Assembly: GCA_045546615.1 (NCBI GenBank)
Contig: JAZQDD010000013.1
Location: forward strand, 2,879 to 66,878
Length of the DNA stretch: 64,000 nucleotides
Origin: Eubacteriales bacterium
Lineage (GTDB): Bacteria; Bacillota; Clostridia; Oscillospirales; CAG-272
Direction: 5' to 3'
Part shown: positions 44,179 through 55,225 of the stretch, one piece after another
How positions within the stretch are numbered: position 1 is the stretch's first letter
How the letters are laid out: each line of letters begins with the position of its first letter
The notes under the pieces: generated by a model
What the model was told of the DNA's origin: nothing
What the model saw: the letters and a program-made list of their open reading frames with translations, nothing else
Databases searched by the model: none
Translations under genes and position numbers: made by a program

Positions 44179-45252
44179 TTATTGATTTGACGTGTCAACA
44201 CAGTCAATATTAAGTTGCTCGGCGCTCGCAAGAGTTATCTCGGGATATTTCTTGTCCAGATGCTCATAGGCGAGTTTGGTCGCCACTCTGCCGCGAGGTG
44301 TACGGGCAAGAAAACCTATCTGAATAAGATAAGGCTCGTAAACATCCTCAAGCGTTACAGACTCTTCACCGACCGTCGCGGCGAGTGTATCAAGTCCAAC
44401 GGGGCCGCCGCCGTAGAAATCGATTATCGCCTCAAGCATTCGTCTGTCGGTGTTGTCAAGACCAAGTTCATCTATCTCGAGTTTGCCGAGAGCATAGGCG
44501 GCAACCTCGTCATCGATAGTATCTTTCCCCGCGACCTGTGCAAAATCCCGAACACGTTTGAGAAGCCTGTTGGCGATACGCGGCGTACCGCGAGAGCGCG
44601 AGGCGATTTCAAGCGCGCCGTCCTCGTTTATGGGCAGGCCGAGTATCCCTGCGCTTCTTGTGACTATTCTCGCAAGCTCCTCGGGGGTGTAAAGCTCAAG
44701 GCGCGAAATAACGCCGAATCGGTCACGCAAAGGAGTGGATAGCTGTCCTGCGCGGGTGGTCGCACCAATAAGGGTAAATGGCGCAAGATCGATGCGGATG
44801 CTGCGTGCGGCAGGGCCTTTTCCAATAATTATATCAATAGCGTGATCTTCCATGGCGGGATAGAGAATCTCCTCAACAGATCGCTGCATACGGTGTATCT
44901 CGTCAATGAACAGCACGTCTCCCGCTTGAAGATTAGTGAGCAGTGCGGCAAGATCACCCTGCTTTTCTATTGCGGGCCCCGACGTCACGCGGAAGTTGAC
45001 GCCCATTTCGGCGGCAATGATCGCGGCAAGCGTAGTCTTTCCAAGACCGGGAGGCCCGTAGAGAAGCACGTGGTCGAGGGTGTCTCCGCGCATCTTTGCG
45101 GCTTCAATATATACCCTCAGATTTTCCTTAACCTTTTCTTGACCGATGTATTCCTCAAGTCTGTGCGGGCGAAGGGAGTTATCCGGTTCATCTGCTACGG
45201 CATCATAGCTTGCGCTCATTATGCGGTTTTCAAAATCAAAATCATTGTTCAT
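44179..45252 (-). CDS. ruvB: Holliday junction branch migration DNA helicase RuvB
   Basis: [12 protein letters not shown], Walker [29 protein letters not shown] trimmed to ATG 45250-45252. Confidence 0.95.
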   Translation of the reverse strand: MNNDFDFENRIMSASYDAVADEPDNSLRPHRLEEYIGQEKVKENLRVYIEAAKMRGDTLDHVLLYGPPGLGKTTLAAIIAAEMGVNFRVTSGPAIEKQGDLAALLTNLQAGDVLFIDEIHRMQRSVEEILYPAMEDHAIDIIIGKGPAARSIRIDLAPFTLIGATTRAGQLSTPLRDRFGVISRLELYTPEELARIVTRSAGILGLPINEDGALEIASRSRGTPRIANRLLKRVRDFAQVAGKDTIDDEVAAYALGKLEIDELGLDNTDRRMLEAIIDFYGGGPVGLDTLAATVGEESVTLEDVYEPYLIQIGFLARTPRGRVATKLAYEHLDKKYPEITLASAEQLNIDCVDTSNQ

Positions 45253-45265
45253 TTCAAACTCCAAG

Positions 45266-45874
45266 CTATCTCATAAGCTTTTTTAGTGCCTCGCGGATAA
45301 TATCCTCAAGTTCAGCCGCAGGATCGATGCCTTTGAGCGCATCGAGGGCGGCGGAACGGTTGAAGCCAAGCACCATAAGCGCATCAAGCGCCTCCGTGGA
45401 ATGATTGGCAGAGGCGTTGTTGTTAGCGGGGATAAAACTCTCGCCCTCATCCAACGCGCCATCCGCATGTAGCTTGTCCTTTAGTTCAAGTATTATCCTT
45501 GCCGCGGTTTTAGGGCCGATACCGGGGGCTTTGGCAATCAGTTTTTTGTCCTCGGAGCAGACCGCGAGAGCTATTTTTTCGGGTGAGAGAAAAGACAGAA
45601 GCGACAGTGCCGCTTTCGGGCCTATTCCGGACACCGAGATGAGGAGTTTATAGATATTCAGCTCCTCAAGTGAGGCAAATCCAAAAAGCTCAACTCCATC
45701 CTCGCGAACCGAAAGATAAGTGTAAAGGGTAACGTTTTTTTGTTTTTCGGGTGAACGGGGGAGCGAGGCGTGGGTGTGACCGCTGACGGTCAGCTTGTAC
45801 CCGACGCCCGCCGCATCAATAACGGCAAAATTTTGTTCGATGAGGACAAGCTCACCTCTGATAAAGTAAAACAT
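45266..45874 (-). CDS. ruvA: Holliday junction branch migration complex subunit RuvA
   Basis: [10 protein letters not shown]..., HhH motifs [15 protein letters not shown] and [14 protein letters not shown]. Confidence 0.9.
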   Translation of the reverse strand: MFYFIRGELVLIEQNFAVIDAAGVGYKLTVSGHTHASLPRSPEKQKNVTLYTYLSVREDGVELFGFASLEELNIYKLLISVSGIGPKAALSLLSFLSPEKIALAVCSEDKKLIAKAPGIGPKTAARIILELKDKLHADGALDEGESFIPANNNASANHSTEALDALMVLGFNRSAALDALKGIDPAAELEDIIREALKKLMR

Positions 45875-45901
45875 TAATTTTTGTCTCCGTTACATTTGCG
45901 T

Positions 45902-48853
45902 TTATTTGTGTTTCTTTTGTTCTTTTTGAGCAGAACTATTTTGCGTCGCACCGCTTTTTGAGTTAGCCTTTTGTTGGATGCGATTCTTTCCGCCATGGAG
46001 TCCTGCGGCGATTTCGTCATTCTTTTCTGCGATCGATGCAAGAAACAGGCGTATCTTTTGGTCAAAAATGATCATGAGAGCGAATATTACAACAGATGAA
46101 ATAGAGATCGTCAGTCCAAGTACAAATGGCGTCGGGCGGTATTTCATGACTATCTGATGATATCCCGCATCTTCTACTTCGAAGCATACAAGTGCATCCA
46201 GCGTTTCCTTGGTCTCGACTTCCTCGCCGTCGACAGTGATCTTCCAGCCTTTGTCATACGGGATGGTAGTAAGGATGAGCTGATCGTCCTTCGTTGTTGT
46301 CACAGTTCCGGGCAGATAGTCGCTTGACCAGTCCCCGCGTATATCTACTTGTGTTTTTGAAAGACGAGCCATGGCGTCCTCAAATGCGGGCTTGTCGAAC
46401 ATATAGATTATATCAACGTTATTTTTAACGTAGAGAACGTCATTTTCAAGCTTGACGTTGACCTTTACTTCTTCTCCCTCGGAATAAAAACCGATGGATA
46501 TTATTCTGTTGTTCTCATTCGTTCCGTATGATTTTCCGTTAGCGGTGATAGCTATACGGCGGTTATAATCCGAAGGCATATAGAAGAAAGCCTCGCCTGA
46601 ACGTTGAGCGGTAAAATGATAGGTAACGCTTGCGTTTTGGCTTGAATCGGACGGTTCATATTTCGTATGCCCCGCAATTGTCGACGGGCCTTTGCAGTTG
46701 CTCTCCTCGGTCTTGGTGACCACTACGGGATCAAATGCGGTTATCTCCTCCTCGCCGAGCATCGCGCCGAGAAGCTCATTAAGTCTGAGCATCGGGGATT
46801 TGCTCGTGGAAGCAGAACCGGGTGTCATATCGTAATCAAGCACCATATCGTCTACGCCATACGCGATAGAGAGCGCATACGGATTAAGATATGCGGAATA
46901 ATTTGCGCCGCCTTGCGAGATAGTGCGAAAATCCGTGGCTTCGTAATACGAAAGGAGGGATTCATCACTCGTCTTTCCTATGATGTATTTCAGTCCAAGC
47001 AAGGAATCCGAAACGGGGTTTCCGCCCTGATATTGCGTCCAATGCGAAACGGCTGTATATCCCATCCTGTTAAGGAAGTCTATCGTATCTCTGTTAAGAG
47101 TAGACGTAGAGTTCGTAAGTCCTCGGATGCGGAGAGCCATATTATCTCCCGTTTTTCTTGTTGATGTTTTCTCAAATCTGTAAAACGAGGTGTCCTCTTC
47201 AAGAATTTCGTTTGCGAGAGGTCTGAATGCGCCGATATAGTCGTTGTATGAGCTATACGATGAATAAATAACGTCATCACCGAGTTCTACACAGCAAACA
47301 AGTCCGCTTCCAAACGCTTCAAGGCAAACAAGTATACAAAGCACCAAGGATGCGTTTGCTCGGCGCTTGGATCTTGTGCAAACGCAAAGCGCCGCGCCAA
47401 TGGCGATGATGGCAATTATTGAAAGCCACACGTTCTCAAGTTCTTTGAGATATTGTCCCTCGACGATTCCCGAACTTTCACGCTCAACGTATGAGCTGAA
47501 CTCAAATTTTTGGGCAACGGCGATAAAGCCGATAAGGGCGGCTCCGATAGCGCCGATAAAGCGCGTTGATGCCCGACGTATCTCGCCAAATCCCTTGTAA
47601 GCCAGCACGAGCAAAAAGAAACAAAGCATAAAGCTGTAGCGATAGTTAAGCCAGTTAGGTTTCTGGAAACCGTGCCAGATCATATCAAGGGTATTAACAA
47701 AAAAGCTGAGAACAAAAACGGAAATAAGAACAACAGATGCTACTTTTTCGGAAACGCTGAATTTTTTGGAGCAGAAAAACAGCGGAACACAGAAAAGCGT
47801 AAGGACACCGCAATAAACGAACGGCAGTCCTTCGGGACGCACGGTATCATACGATCCGGGGAAGAATTTTGTTAAAAAGTCAAAAATATCAAAGCGGAAG
47901 GTAAGATCAAAGTTTGGATCTGAAAAGGTGCTTTTTCCAAATTGCAGAGCATAGTAAGCGGAAAAAACAATTATTGCAGAAATTCCGACACCCAAAGCGG
48001 CAGAGCCGAACATGCGGAAAAGGGAACGGCGAAAATGAGATTTTTCTTCGTGGGGATTGTTGCGACCGTCTTCGTTGTGTGCGAAGTAATAGTAAAAGAA
48101 GTAAAGGGCAGTGTATATGCACACCATGTATCCAATATAGAAATTGGACAGCAGGGACATTGCCAACGATACGACAAGAAGCTTGTACTTGTAGTTTTTG
48201 ATAAGCTGCTCAATACCGAGAGTAAGCAAGGGAAGCCAGATGAGCGCATCTATCCACATCGAGTTGTGCTGTTGCACCACGGCGTAAGCACAAAGCGCAT
48301 AGAGGATCGAAAAAGTTACTATCGGAATCTTTTTTGCCTTGGATGATATTTTGTGAAGATAGTATCCAAACGAAAGTCCGCAAAGTCCTGTTTTAAGCAA
48401 AAAGATGAAAAGGAGTGCTTCAAGTATCCTCTCCTGCGGGAAAAGGCAGACTATATATGACAGGGGGCTTGCGACATAATATGCGTATATGCCGCCAAAT
48501 TCTCCGCCGAGCGAGCGGCAAAATGAATACAGAAAAGATTCTTCCCCAAGCGCGGCGTTACGCAAGGCTTCGTAGAAATAAACGTATTGACCGTTAAGGT
48601 CAAGCACAAGCACAGAACCGTCTCCGAAGGGGTGTATCTTCATAGCGACGTATATGAGATAATTCAGGATAACGGGTATGAGGAAGGCATATATCAAATA
48701 TGAGTATTCGCGCGGGAAAAAGCGCGCCTTGAAGCGCTCCCAACGCGTTTTTGGGATCTTGTTTTTAAAACGATTGTTTGCGCCGGCCTTGGAAAAAGCC
48801 GCCTCGTCGATTTCAAAGGATCGTTCCTTGCTTATAGCGTTTTTTTCTTTCAT
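45902..48853 (-). CDS. YfhO-family polytopic membrane protein (putative glycosyltransferase)
   Basis: About 980 aa. More than 12 N-terminal helices plus a large extracytoplasmic C-terminal domain and a final TM, as in YfhO. ATG 48851-48853 with AAGGAT RBS. Confidence 0.75.
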   Translation of the reverse strand: MKEKNAISKERSFEIDEAAFSKAGANNRFKNKIPKTRWERFKARFFPREYSYLIYAFLIPVILNYLIYVAMKIHPFGDGSVLVLDLNGQYVYFYEALRNAALGEESFLYSFCRSLGGEFGGIYAYYVASPLSYIVCLFPQERILEALLFIFLLKTGLCGLSFGYYLHKISSKAKKIPIVTFSILYALCAYAVVQQHNSMWIDALIWLPLLTLGIEQLIKNYKYKLLVVSLAMSLLSNFYIGYMVCIYTALYFFYYYFAHNEDGRNNPHEEKSHFRRSLFRMFGSAALGVGISAIIVFSAYYALQFGKSTFSDPNFDLTFRFDIFDFLTKFFPGSYDTVRPEGLPFVYCGVLTLFCVPLFFCSKKFSVSEKVASVVLISVFVLSFFVNTLDMIWHGFQKPNWLNYRYSFMLCFFLLVLAYKGFGEIRRASTRFIGAIGAALIGFIAVAQKFEFSSYVERESSGIVEGQYLKELENVWLSIIAIIAIGAALCVCTRSKRRANASLVLCILVCLEAFGSGLVCCVELGDDVIYSSYSSYNDYIGAFRPLANEILEEDTSFYRFEKTSTRKTGDNMALRIRGLTNSTSTLNRDTIDFLNRMGYTAVSHWTQYQGGNPVSDSLLGLKYIIGKTSDESLLSYYEATDFRTISQGGANYSAYLNPYALSIAYGVDDMVLDYDMTPGSASTSKSPMLRLNELLGAMLGEEEITAFDPVVVTKTEESNCKGPSTIAGHTKYEPSDSSQNASVTYHFTAQRSGEAFFYMPSDYNRRIAITANGKSYGTNENNRIISIGFYSEGEEVKVNVKLENDVLYVKNNVDIIYMFDKPAFEDAMARLSKTQVDIRGDWSSDYLPGTVTTTKDDQLILTTIPYDKGWKITVDGEEVETKETLDALVCFEVEDAGYHQIVMKYRPTPFVLGLTISISSVVIFALMIIFDQKIRLFLASIAEKNDEIAAGLHGGKNRIQQKANSKSGATQNSSAQKEQKKHK

Positions 48854-48872
48854 GATCAATATCCTTAATTTT

Positions 48873-49076
48873 TTAAATGTTATTTTCTTCGTTGGAAATG
48901 ACTTTTTTTATTAACCCGTCGAGTTTCTCTCGGCCGAGTGTCATATCGCGCCCGCAACCCGAGCAGATCACGCGGACCTCGCTTCCCGTGCGAAGCACCT
49001 TGAAGCGATTTTCGCCGCAGGGGTGATTTTTTTTAAAAACCAACGTGTCTCCGACATTAAATTTTACGATTTTCAT
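48873..49076 (-). CDS. DUF951 family small protein
   Basis: 67 aa. HPCGENRFKVLRTG...VICSGCGR pattern characteristic of DUF951. Confidence 0.7.
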   Translation of the reverse strand: MKIVKFNVGDTLVFKKNHPCGENRFKVLRTGSEVRVICSGCGRDMTLGREKLDGLIKKVISNEENNI

Positions 49077-49188
49077 AAATAGATTTTCCTTGGAAACATA
49101 AATTTAATATATTATACCATAAATAATCTTAAGAGTAAACAAAAAAATTGTAAAAAATAAAAATATTAGAAAATATATAGGAAAATAT

Positions 49189-49217
49189 TTGACTTTATAG
49201 TTGTTTAGTGTTATAAT
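49189..49217 (+). promoter_or_regulatory. promoter of ruvC-methyltransferase-ecf-truA operon
   Basis: TTGACT 49189-49194, 17 nt, TGTTATAAT with TATAAT at 49212-49217. Confidence 0.55.
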
Positions 49218-49252
49218 ATAAATTGGTTTATTATTTTTGAAAGAGGCTATTT

Positions 49253-49756
49253 ATGAGGATTTTGGGAATAGACCCCGGACTTGCAACGATTGGTTGGGGT
49301 GTGATAGATACCACGGGTACAAGGCATAAGGCTGTCGCGTACGGAGCTATCATAACTCCTGCGGGTATTCCGACCGAAAAAAGACTTGCTCAAATTTTTT
49401 CAGAGCTTGAAGCGATAATTAAAAAATATCAGCCCGAGGTCATGTCGGTGGAAGAGCTTTTCTTCAACACCAACATTACAACGGGCATCCGCGTGGCTGA
49501 GGCGAGAGGCGTTATACTCCTTTGCGCTGAAAAATGCGGACTGGAATTTGCTGAGTACACACCCTTGCAAGTAAAGCAGGCTGTTGTCGGCTACGGCAGA
49601 GCAGAAAAAAAGCAGGTCATTACAATGGTCACTATGCTTTTGTCGCTTCCCAAGCCCCCAACACCCGACGACACGGCGGATGCGCTTGCCATCGCCGTAT
49701 GTCACGCTCACACGGGCGGCTCTCGGATAGCAAAATATTATAACGGACGGATTTAA
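49253..49756 (+). CDS. ruvC: crossover junction endodeoxyribonuclease RuvC
   Basis: MRILGIDPGLATIGWGV..., EELFFNTN, DTADALAIAVCH catalytic acidic residues. Confidence 0.9.
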   Translation: MRILGIDPGLATIGWGVIDTTGTRHKAVAYGAIITPAGIPTEKRLAQIFSELEAIIKKYQPEVMSVEELFFNTNITTGIRVAEARGVILLCAEKCGLEFAEYTPLQVKQAVVGYGRAEKKQVITMVTMLLSLPKPPTPDDTADALAIAVCHAHTGGSRIAKYYNGRI

Positions 49757-49758
49757 AA

Positions 49759-50637
49759 ATGTGGATTGCAGATAAATGGAATGACTATGAGCTTATAGAT
49801 ACAGCAGATGGCGAAAAACTTGAAAGATGGGGCAAATACGTTCTTATTCGCCCCGATCCGCAGGTGATTTGGCATACCGATAAAAAGCACAAGGGGTGGA
49901 GAAGCGCGGATGCTGTTTACAGCAGATCCTCGTCCGGCGGCGGCTCATGGCGCGTAAACAAGCTCCCCAAAGAATGGAATATCTCCTACCGTGATTTGAG
50001 ATTTGTTATTCGTCCTATGGGATTTAAACACACAGGTCTTTTTCCGGAGCAGGCGGCGAATTGGGATTGGTTTTCCAAACTCATCAAGGAAAGTGCCGGA
50101 CCTATAAAGGTGCTTAACCTTTTTGCATATACGGGCGGAGCAACGATTGCCGCGGCTGCCGCAGGCGCGTCTGTGTGCCATGTTGATGCATCAAAGGGAA
50201 TGGTGGCGCAGGCAAAGGAAAATGCCGCGCTGTCGGGACTTGCCGATGCCCCCATAAGATATATCGTCGATGACTGTAAAAAATTTGTCGAGCGCGAATT
50301 GCGCCGCGGAAATAAATATGATGCGGTGATCATGGATCCGCCCTCTTACGGAAGAGGTCCGTCGGGAGAGGTCTGGAAAATCGAGGACTCCATTGATTCT
50401 CTCGTAACGCTCACCGCGGGACTTTTGTCGGACAAGCCTTTGTTTTTCCTTATAAACTCATACACAACGGGGCTTTCCCCTCTCACGATGAAGTACATTA
50501 TTGACGCCCGCATCACCTCGGTGCGCGGCGGAAGCTGTCTTGCGGGTGAGCTTGCGCTTCCCGTGAGCGCATCGGGAGGACTTTTGCCCTGCGGATCGTC
50601 GGCTCGCTGGTGCGCCGTGGGAGGTGAACCGCAATGA
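49759..50637 (+). CDS. class I SAM-dependent methyltransferase (RlmI/RlmK-like rRNA methyltransferase core)
   Basis: VLNLFAYTGGATIAAA SAM motif I, IMDPPSYGRG motif IV. Confidence 0.75.
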   Translation: MWIADKWNDYELIDTADGEKLERWGKYVLIRPDPQVIWHTDKKHKGWRSADAVYSRSSSGGGSWRVNKLPKEWNISYRDLRFVIRPMGFKHTGLFPEQAANWDWFSKLIKESAGPIKVLNLFAYTGGATIAAAAAGASVCHVDASKGMVAQAKENAALSGLADAPIRYIVDDCKKFVERELRRGNKYDAVIMDPPSYGRGPSGEVWKIEDSIDSLVTLTAGLLSDKPLFFLINSYTTGLSPLTMKYIIDARITSVRGGSCLAGELALPVSASGGLLPCGSSARWCAVGGEPQ

Positions 50638-51521
50638 GTCATCTAATAGAAACCAAGGATCTTTGCTTTTCCTATGATGACGAGGAAAACGTGGATTCGG
50701 GAAGCAGACTTGAGGGTAAATATGCTCTTTGCGGGGTAAATATCGCCATCGACAAGGGTGAGTTCGTAGCCATCGTCGGACGAAACGGCTCGGGAAAATC
50801 CACCTTTGCAAAGTTATTGAATCTTGTGCTTGAGGCGACATCGGGTGAGGTATATATCGACGGCAAACTTGTGTCTGCGGATATGAGCGACGAGGAGTTG
50901 CTTGACCTGCGCCGCAGGGTTGGAATGGTGTTTCAGAACCCCGATAACCAGCTTGTCGCGACCATTGTGGAGGAGGACGTTGCCTTCGGCCCCGAAAATC
51001 TCGGAATTCCTTCAAAAGAAATCAGGGAGCGAGTGGATGCCGCGCTTGAGCTTGTAGGAATGACCGAATACGCGCGGCATGAGCCGCACAGACTATCGGG
51101 CGGTCAAAAACAGCGAGTAGCCATAGCCGGCATTATCGCAATGATGCCCGAATGTATGATTTTTGACGAGTCTACCGCAATGCTTGATCCTTCCGGACGC
51201 GCAGAGGTAGTGAATGTCATGGAAAAGCTCGTCAGAGAAAAAGGGATCACCGTTATAAATATCACTCACCTCATGAATGAAGCGGCTCGCGCAGATCGCG
51301 TTATCGTTATAAACGAGGGCAAGGTTATCGGTGAGGGAACGCCCGCGGAGATCTTTACAAACACCGCCCTTGTGCGCGAGGCGGGGCTTGAGCTTCCGCA
51401 ATGCGCCGCGCTCCTCGGAGAGCTTCGCGCAAGGGGGCTTCGAATTGACGGCGCGGGAATAACCCCAGACGAATGCGCCGATATAATCATGAAAAAACTT
51501 AAAAACAGAGAAGAAGAATGA
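50634..51521 (+). CDS. ecfA1: energy-coupling factor (ECF) transporter ATPase EcfA1
   Basis: GRNGSGKST, LSGGQKQRVAIAGI, IFDESTAMLD. ATGA overlap with the upstream gene. Confidence 0.9.
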   Translation: MSHLIETKDLCFSYDDEENVDSGSRLEGKYALCGVNIAIDKGEFVAIVGRNGSGKSTFAKLLNLVLEATSGEVYIDGKLVSADMSDEELLDLRRRVGMVFQNPDNQLVATIVEEDVAFGPENLGIPSKEIRERVDAALELVGMTEYARHEPHRLSGGQKQRVAIAGIIAMMPECMIFDESTAMLDPSGRAEVVNVMEKLVREKGITVINITHLMNEAARADRVIVINEGKVIGEGTPAEIFTNTALVREAGLELPQCAALLGELRARGLRIDGAGITPDECADIIMKKLKNREEE

Positions 51522-52384
51522 ACAAAAAAATCGAGCTCAGGGACGTTTCCTACGTTTACGGAGAAAGAACTCCGTTTGAGATAACGGCTCTGAAAAATGT
51601 TAATCTGAATATAGAAGCAGGCTCGGTTACGGGAATAATCGGACATACCGGTTCCGGCAAATCTACGCTTGTGCGTCTTTTCAACGGTCTTGAAAGACCT
51701 GCCTCGGGCAGTGTTTTGCTCGATGGTGAGGACATTTGGGCAAATCCGAAGGAGATCGGAAAGATACGTTTTCGGGTTGGGCTTGTAATGCAATATCCCG
51801 AGTATCAGCTTTTCGAGGAGACCGTCGCCGCTGATATCGCATACGGACCGAAAAATATGGGACTTGATGACGATGCTGTCAAGGCAAGAGTTAAAAAGTA
51901 TGCCTCGCTTGTAGGACTTTCCGAGGATGACCTTCAAAAATCGCCCTTTGAACTTTCGGGCGGACAAAAGCGCCGCGCCGCTATAGCGGGAATAATGGCA
52001 ATGAAGCCCGAGGTGCTTGTTCTTGACGAGCCTGCGGCAGGACTTGATCCCGTGGGTAGAAACCTCATTTTTGACGCCATCGAGGAATATCGCACCGTAG
52101 AGGGAGCTACTGTTATCGTCGTATCGCACAGCATGGAGGATATGGCTGTGCGTTGCCATCGCGTGATAGTAATGTCAGACGGTGAGGTCGTTGCCGAGGG
52201 GACTCGTGACGAGGTCTTTTCAGACGCGGATAAGCTTGTCTCCGTCGGTCTTGACGTTCCCGAGATAACAAGGCTTGCAATGCTTTTGTCCGCGCGCGGA
52301 TTTGACTTCGGTAAAACCGTATATACTGTTTCCGATGCCGCAGACGTTCTCTGCCGCGCTCTTTCGGGAGGTGACGGAAAATGA
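51518..52384 (+). CDS. ecfA2: ECF transporter ATPase EcfA2
   Basis: GHTGSGKST, LSGGQKRRAAIAGI, VLDEPAAGLD. Confidence 0.9.
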   Translation: MNKKIELRDVSYVYGERTPFEITALKNVNLNIEAGSVTGIIGHTGSGKSTLVRLFNGLERPASGSVLLDGEDIWANPKEIGKIRFRVGLVMQYPEYQLFEETVAADIAYGPKNMGLDDDAVKARVKKYASLVGLSEDDLQKSPFELSGGQKRRAAIAGIMAMKPEVLVLDEPAAGLDPVGRNLIFDAIEEYRTVEGATVIVVSHSMEDMAVRCHRVIVMSDGEVVAEGTRDEVFSDADKLVSVGLDVPEITRLAMLLSARGFDFGKTVYTVSDAADVLCRALSGGDGK

Positions 52385-53205
52385 AAAATATATCACTCGG
52401 TCAGTATTATCCTACAGGCTCCGTTATACACAGGCTTGACGGCAGGATAAAGCTGATACTTGCCATTATACACATAGTTTCCTCATTTCTTTGCAGGAGT
52501 CTTGCTTCATTTGTATTTCTTTTTGCGGGAACTCTTGTTCTTGTTTTGATAACAAAGATACCGCTTGGTGTTATAATGCGCTCGGTCAAGGCTATCATAT
52601 ATATCCTCATGATCACCTTTATGCTTAACGCGTTTTTCACCGTTGGCAGTGGCGAGCCGCTGTTTTCGGTATGGATATTCACGCTTTATACCGAGGGCAT
52701 CTGGAATGCGGCATTTATGGCGTTGCGCATACTCTCGCTCATACTCGGAACAAGTCTTTTTATATCTTATACAACAACGCCTATTCAGCTTACGGATTCG
52801 ATAGAATCGCTCCTTTCTCCGCTGAAAAAAATAAAGGTTCCCGTCCACGATTTTGCAATGATGATGTCGATTGCGCTCAGATTTATTCCTACGCTTTCTG
52901 ACGAGACCGAGAGGATAATGACCGCACAAAAGGCGAGGGGAGCTGATTTTACGACCGGCTCGCTCGTCAAGCGCGCAAAGGCGCTCATTCCTGTTCTTGT
53001 TCCGCTGTTCGTTTCGGCATTCAGACGTGCCGATGAGCTTGCAACGGCAATGGAATGCCGCTGTTACCACGGAGGAGAGGGAAGAACCAAAATGACTGTC
53101 CCCCATCTCCACGCAGCAGACTTTGCGGCTCTCGGTCTTATGATAGCTTTCAGCGCAGGGCTGGTGTTGTTGAATAACGTTGATTTCATTTATAAAATGG
53201 CATGA
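52381..53205 (+). CDS. ecfT: ECF transporter transmembrane component EcfT
   Basis: 274 aa, 5-6 TM. ARGADF / RRADELATAMECR signature of EcfT (CbiQ family). Confidence 0.9.
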   Translation: MKNISLGQYYPTGSVIHRLDGRIKLILAIIHIVSSFLCRSLASFVFLFAGTLVLVLITKIPLGVIMRSVKAIIYILMITFMLNAFFTVGSGEPLFSVWIFTLYTEGIWNAAFMALRILSLILGTSLFISYTTTPIQLTDSIESLLSPLKKIKVPVHDFAMMMSIALRFIPTLSDETERIMTAQKARGADFTTGSLVKRAKALIPVLVPLFVSAFRRADELATAMECRCYHGGEGRTKMTVPHLHAADFAALGLMIAFSAGLVLLNNVDFIYKMA

Positions 53206-53960
53206 AGATCTTTTTGAAAATAAAGTATGACGGAAGCGCATACGGCGGATATCAGGTACAAAAAAATTGCCCGACGATTCAGAAAAAGCTGAATGATGCA
53301 GCAGAGTCGCTTTTTGGGTATGAATGTGACGTTACGGGATGTAGCCGCACTGATGCGGGCGTTCACGCCGAATGCTTTTGCGCGACCATCTCAAAAAAAG
53401 GAGAAGCAGGGCTTACGACTTCTATCCCCGTTGAAAAGCTCCCATTCGCACTAAATGTCAGATTGCCGGATGATATTGCTGTTTTTTTTGCGGAGTGGGT
53501 TGATGAGAGCTTTCACGCAAGATACGGCGTAAAGGAAAAAACTTATATTTATAAGATCCACAATGCTCCCGCGAGAGATCCGTTTTTGCGCAATAGGGCG
53601 TGGCATGTTCCAAAACGCTTTTCCGACGAGGCTGTTGCGGCGGCGGATAAAGCCGCAAGGCTGTTTTGCGGCAGGCACGATTTCACGTCCTATATGGCTG
53701 CAGGCTCAAAGGTCACGGATGCTGTTCGCAACGTAAAAAGCGCTTCTGTGACAAGGTGCGGTGATATCATCACCTTTACCGTTACCGCCGATGGTTTCCT
53801 CTATAACATGGTACGCATTATGTGTGGCACGCTTGTGGAGGTCATGGAAGGCGCACGCAGTGCAGAAGATATACCACAGGTCACCGCCGCCGCCGACCGT
53901 CGCGCGGCAGGACGTACCGCACCCGCACACGGACTTTATCTTTACGATGTGAAATATTGA
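53202..53960 (+). CDS. truA: tRNA pseudouridine(38-40) synthase TruA
   Basis: YDGSAYGGYQVQ, catalytic GCSRTDAGVHA, FLYNMVRIM. Confidence 0.9.
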   Translation: MKIFLKIKYDGSAYGGYQVQKNCPTIQKKLNDAAESLFGYECDVTGCSRTDAGVHAECFCATISKKGEAGLTTSIPVEKLPFALNVRLPDDIAVFFAEWVDESFHARYGVKEKTYIYKIHNAPARDPFLRNRAWHVPKRFSDEAVAAADKAARLFCGRHDFTSYMAAGSKVTDAVRNVKSASVTRCGDIITFTVTADGFLYNMVRIMCGTLVEVMEGARSAEDIPQVTAAADRRAAGRTAPAHGLYLYDVKY

Positions 53961-53975
53961 TTTTAAGGAGTTTTT

Positions 53976-55211
53976 ATGGCACTTATCGCTTGGAAAAAGA
54001 AAAAGACCGTCTCCGAGGCTGAAAAGAAAGAGGCTATACGCAACATTTTTGGCGAGGAGGGGGAATATAATAAATTTTATGACACCGTTTCCGCCGCTTA
54101 CCGTGTTGCGGAGTTTGCGCTTTTGGCTGTGTTTCTTTTCTACGTAATTTATTCCGCGATCTCAAACGTCGGCAATATAACATACGAGAAGTTTGATTAT
54201 ATAATCAGAAATTTTGCCGTTTCTTTGGATGAAAATTCCGATTATACGTCATCGATCTTCTATAATCCCGATGACGAGGCTGTTTTTTCTCTTTTTGGCG
54301 GGGGTATCGTTGTTTGTTCTGACTCGGAGGTCGAGATATTTTCCGCCACGGGACGAAAGACTTGCGCGGAGCGCCACGGATACGTTTCTCCGCGTCTTGC
54401 GGTTTCCGATAAATACGTTATCGCTTACGAGGAAAATGGCACCGAATATTCCGTGTACAATACCTTCTCAAAGGTGTATTCGGAAACGCTTCAATATCCG
54501 ATAAAGGGAATTTGTGTTTCGGATGACGGTTATTATGCGATAATAACCCGCACGGATGAATATATCGGCGCGGTGGCTCTTTACGACTCATCTTTTAAAA
54601 TGATAAACCGATATCTTAAAAATGCACATATCGTATCGGTCGATATTTCCGATGACGGCAGAGTGGCTGTTACAACACTTGGGGTAGATTCTTTGGGTGG
54701 ATTTGTTACCGAGGTAACTACCTCTGTGATCGGAGAGAAGGATGTGGTTTCCACCGTACAGTATAGCGGAGCGCTTCCGTTGCGTTCTGTCTTTACTGAC
54801 AACGGTTTGATGCTTGTTTGCGAGGATCGCGTTGTGTTTTTTGATCAAAACGCAACAAAGGTCGCAGAGTATAGCTATCCGCAAGGCGAGCTTGCAAAGC
54901 TTGAGATATCCCGAAGTGCGGTTCTTGTTATTATAAAGGGCGATGCTATGAAGAAAGAGAATACCGCGCTCGTGATAGATTCAAGCGGAAAGCGTGCGGA
55001 ATGTAAAACCGAAGGTACTGTTATATCAGCAGCTCTTTATGGGAGCAGCGGTTATGTTCTCACAGAAACGGGTATATATACTTTAGGTGAAGACAAATAC
55101 GGCTTTACTGAAATACAAGGAGCGTTGTCGGGTGACGAGATCATTGCCTATGCTCAAAACAAACTTTACTATTGCGGTGCATCGAGCGCCAAAGTTATAG
55201 AAACAGAATAA
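53976..55211 (+). CDS. membrane-anchored protein with beta-propeller-like repeats (DUF5711-like)
   Basis: Single N-terminal TM (FALLAVFLFYVIYSAI). A repetitive beta-rich ectodomain follows. Family assignment is from memory only. Confidence 0.5.
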   Translation: MALIAWKKKKTVSEAEKKEAIRNIFGEEGEYNKFYDTVSAAYRVAEFALLAVFLFYVIYSAISNVGNITYEKFDYIIRNFAVSLDENSDYTSSIFYNPDDEAVFSLFGGGIVVCSDSEVEIFSATGRKTCAERHGYVSPRLAVSDKYVIAYEENGTEYSVYNTFSKVYSETLQYPIKGICVSDDGYYAIITRTDEYIGAVALYDSSFKMINRYLKNAHIVSVDISDDGRVAVTTLGVDSLGGFVTEVTTSVIGEKDVVSTVQYSGALPLRSVFTDNGLMLVCEDRVVFFDQNATKVAEYSYPQGELAKLEISRSAVLVIIKGDAMKKENTALVIDSSGKRAECKTEGTVISAALYGSSGYVLTETGIYTLGEDKYGFTEIQGALSGDEIIAYAQNKLYYCGASSAKVIETE

Positions 55212-55225
55212 AAGAGAGGTTTACT

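Noticed and set aside
44179-49756. ruvAB and ruvC split onto opposite strands around yfhO/DUF951, considered as a rearrangement signal
   Set aside because: Separate ruvC and ruvAB loci are common in bacteria. No repeats, transposase or composition shift mark a rearrangement here.
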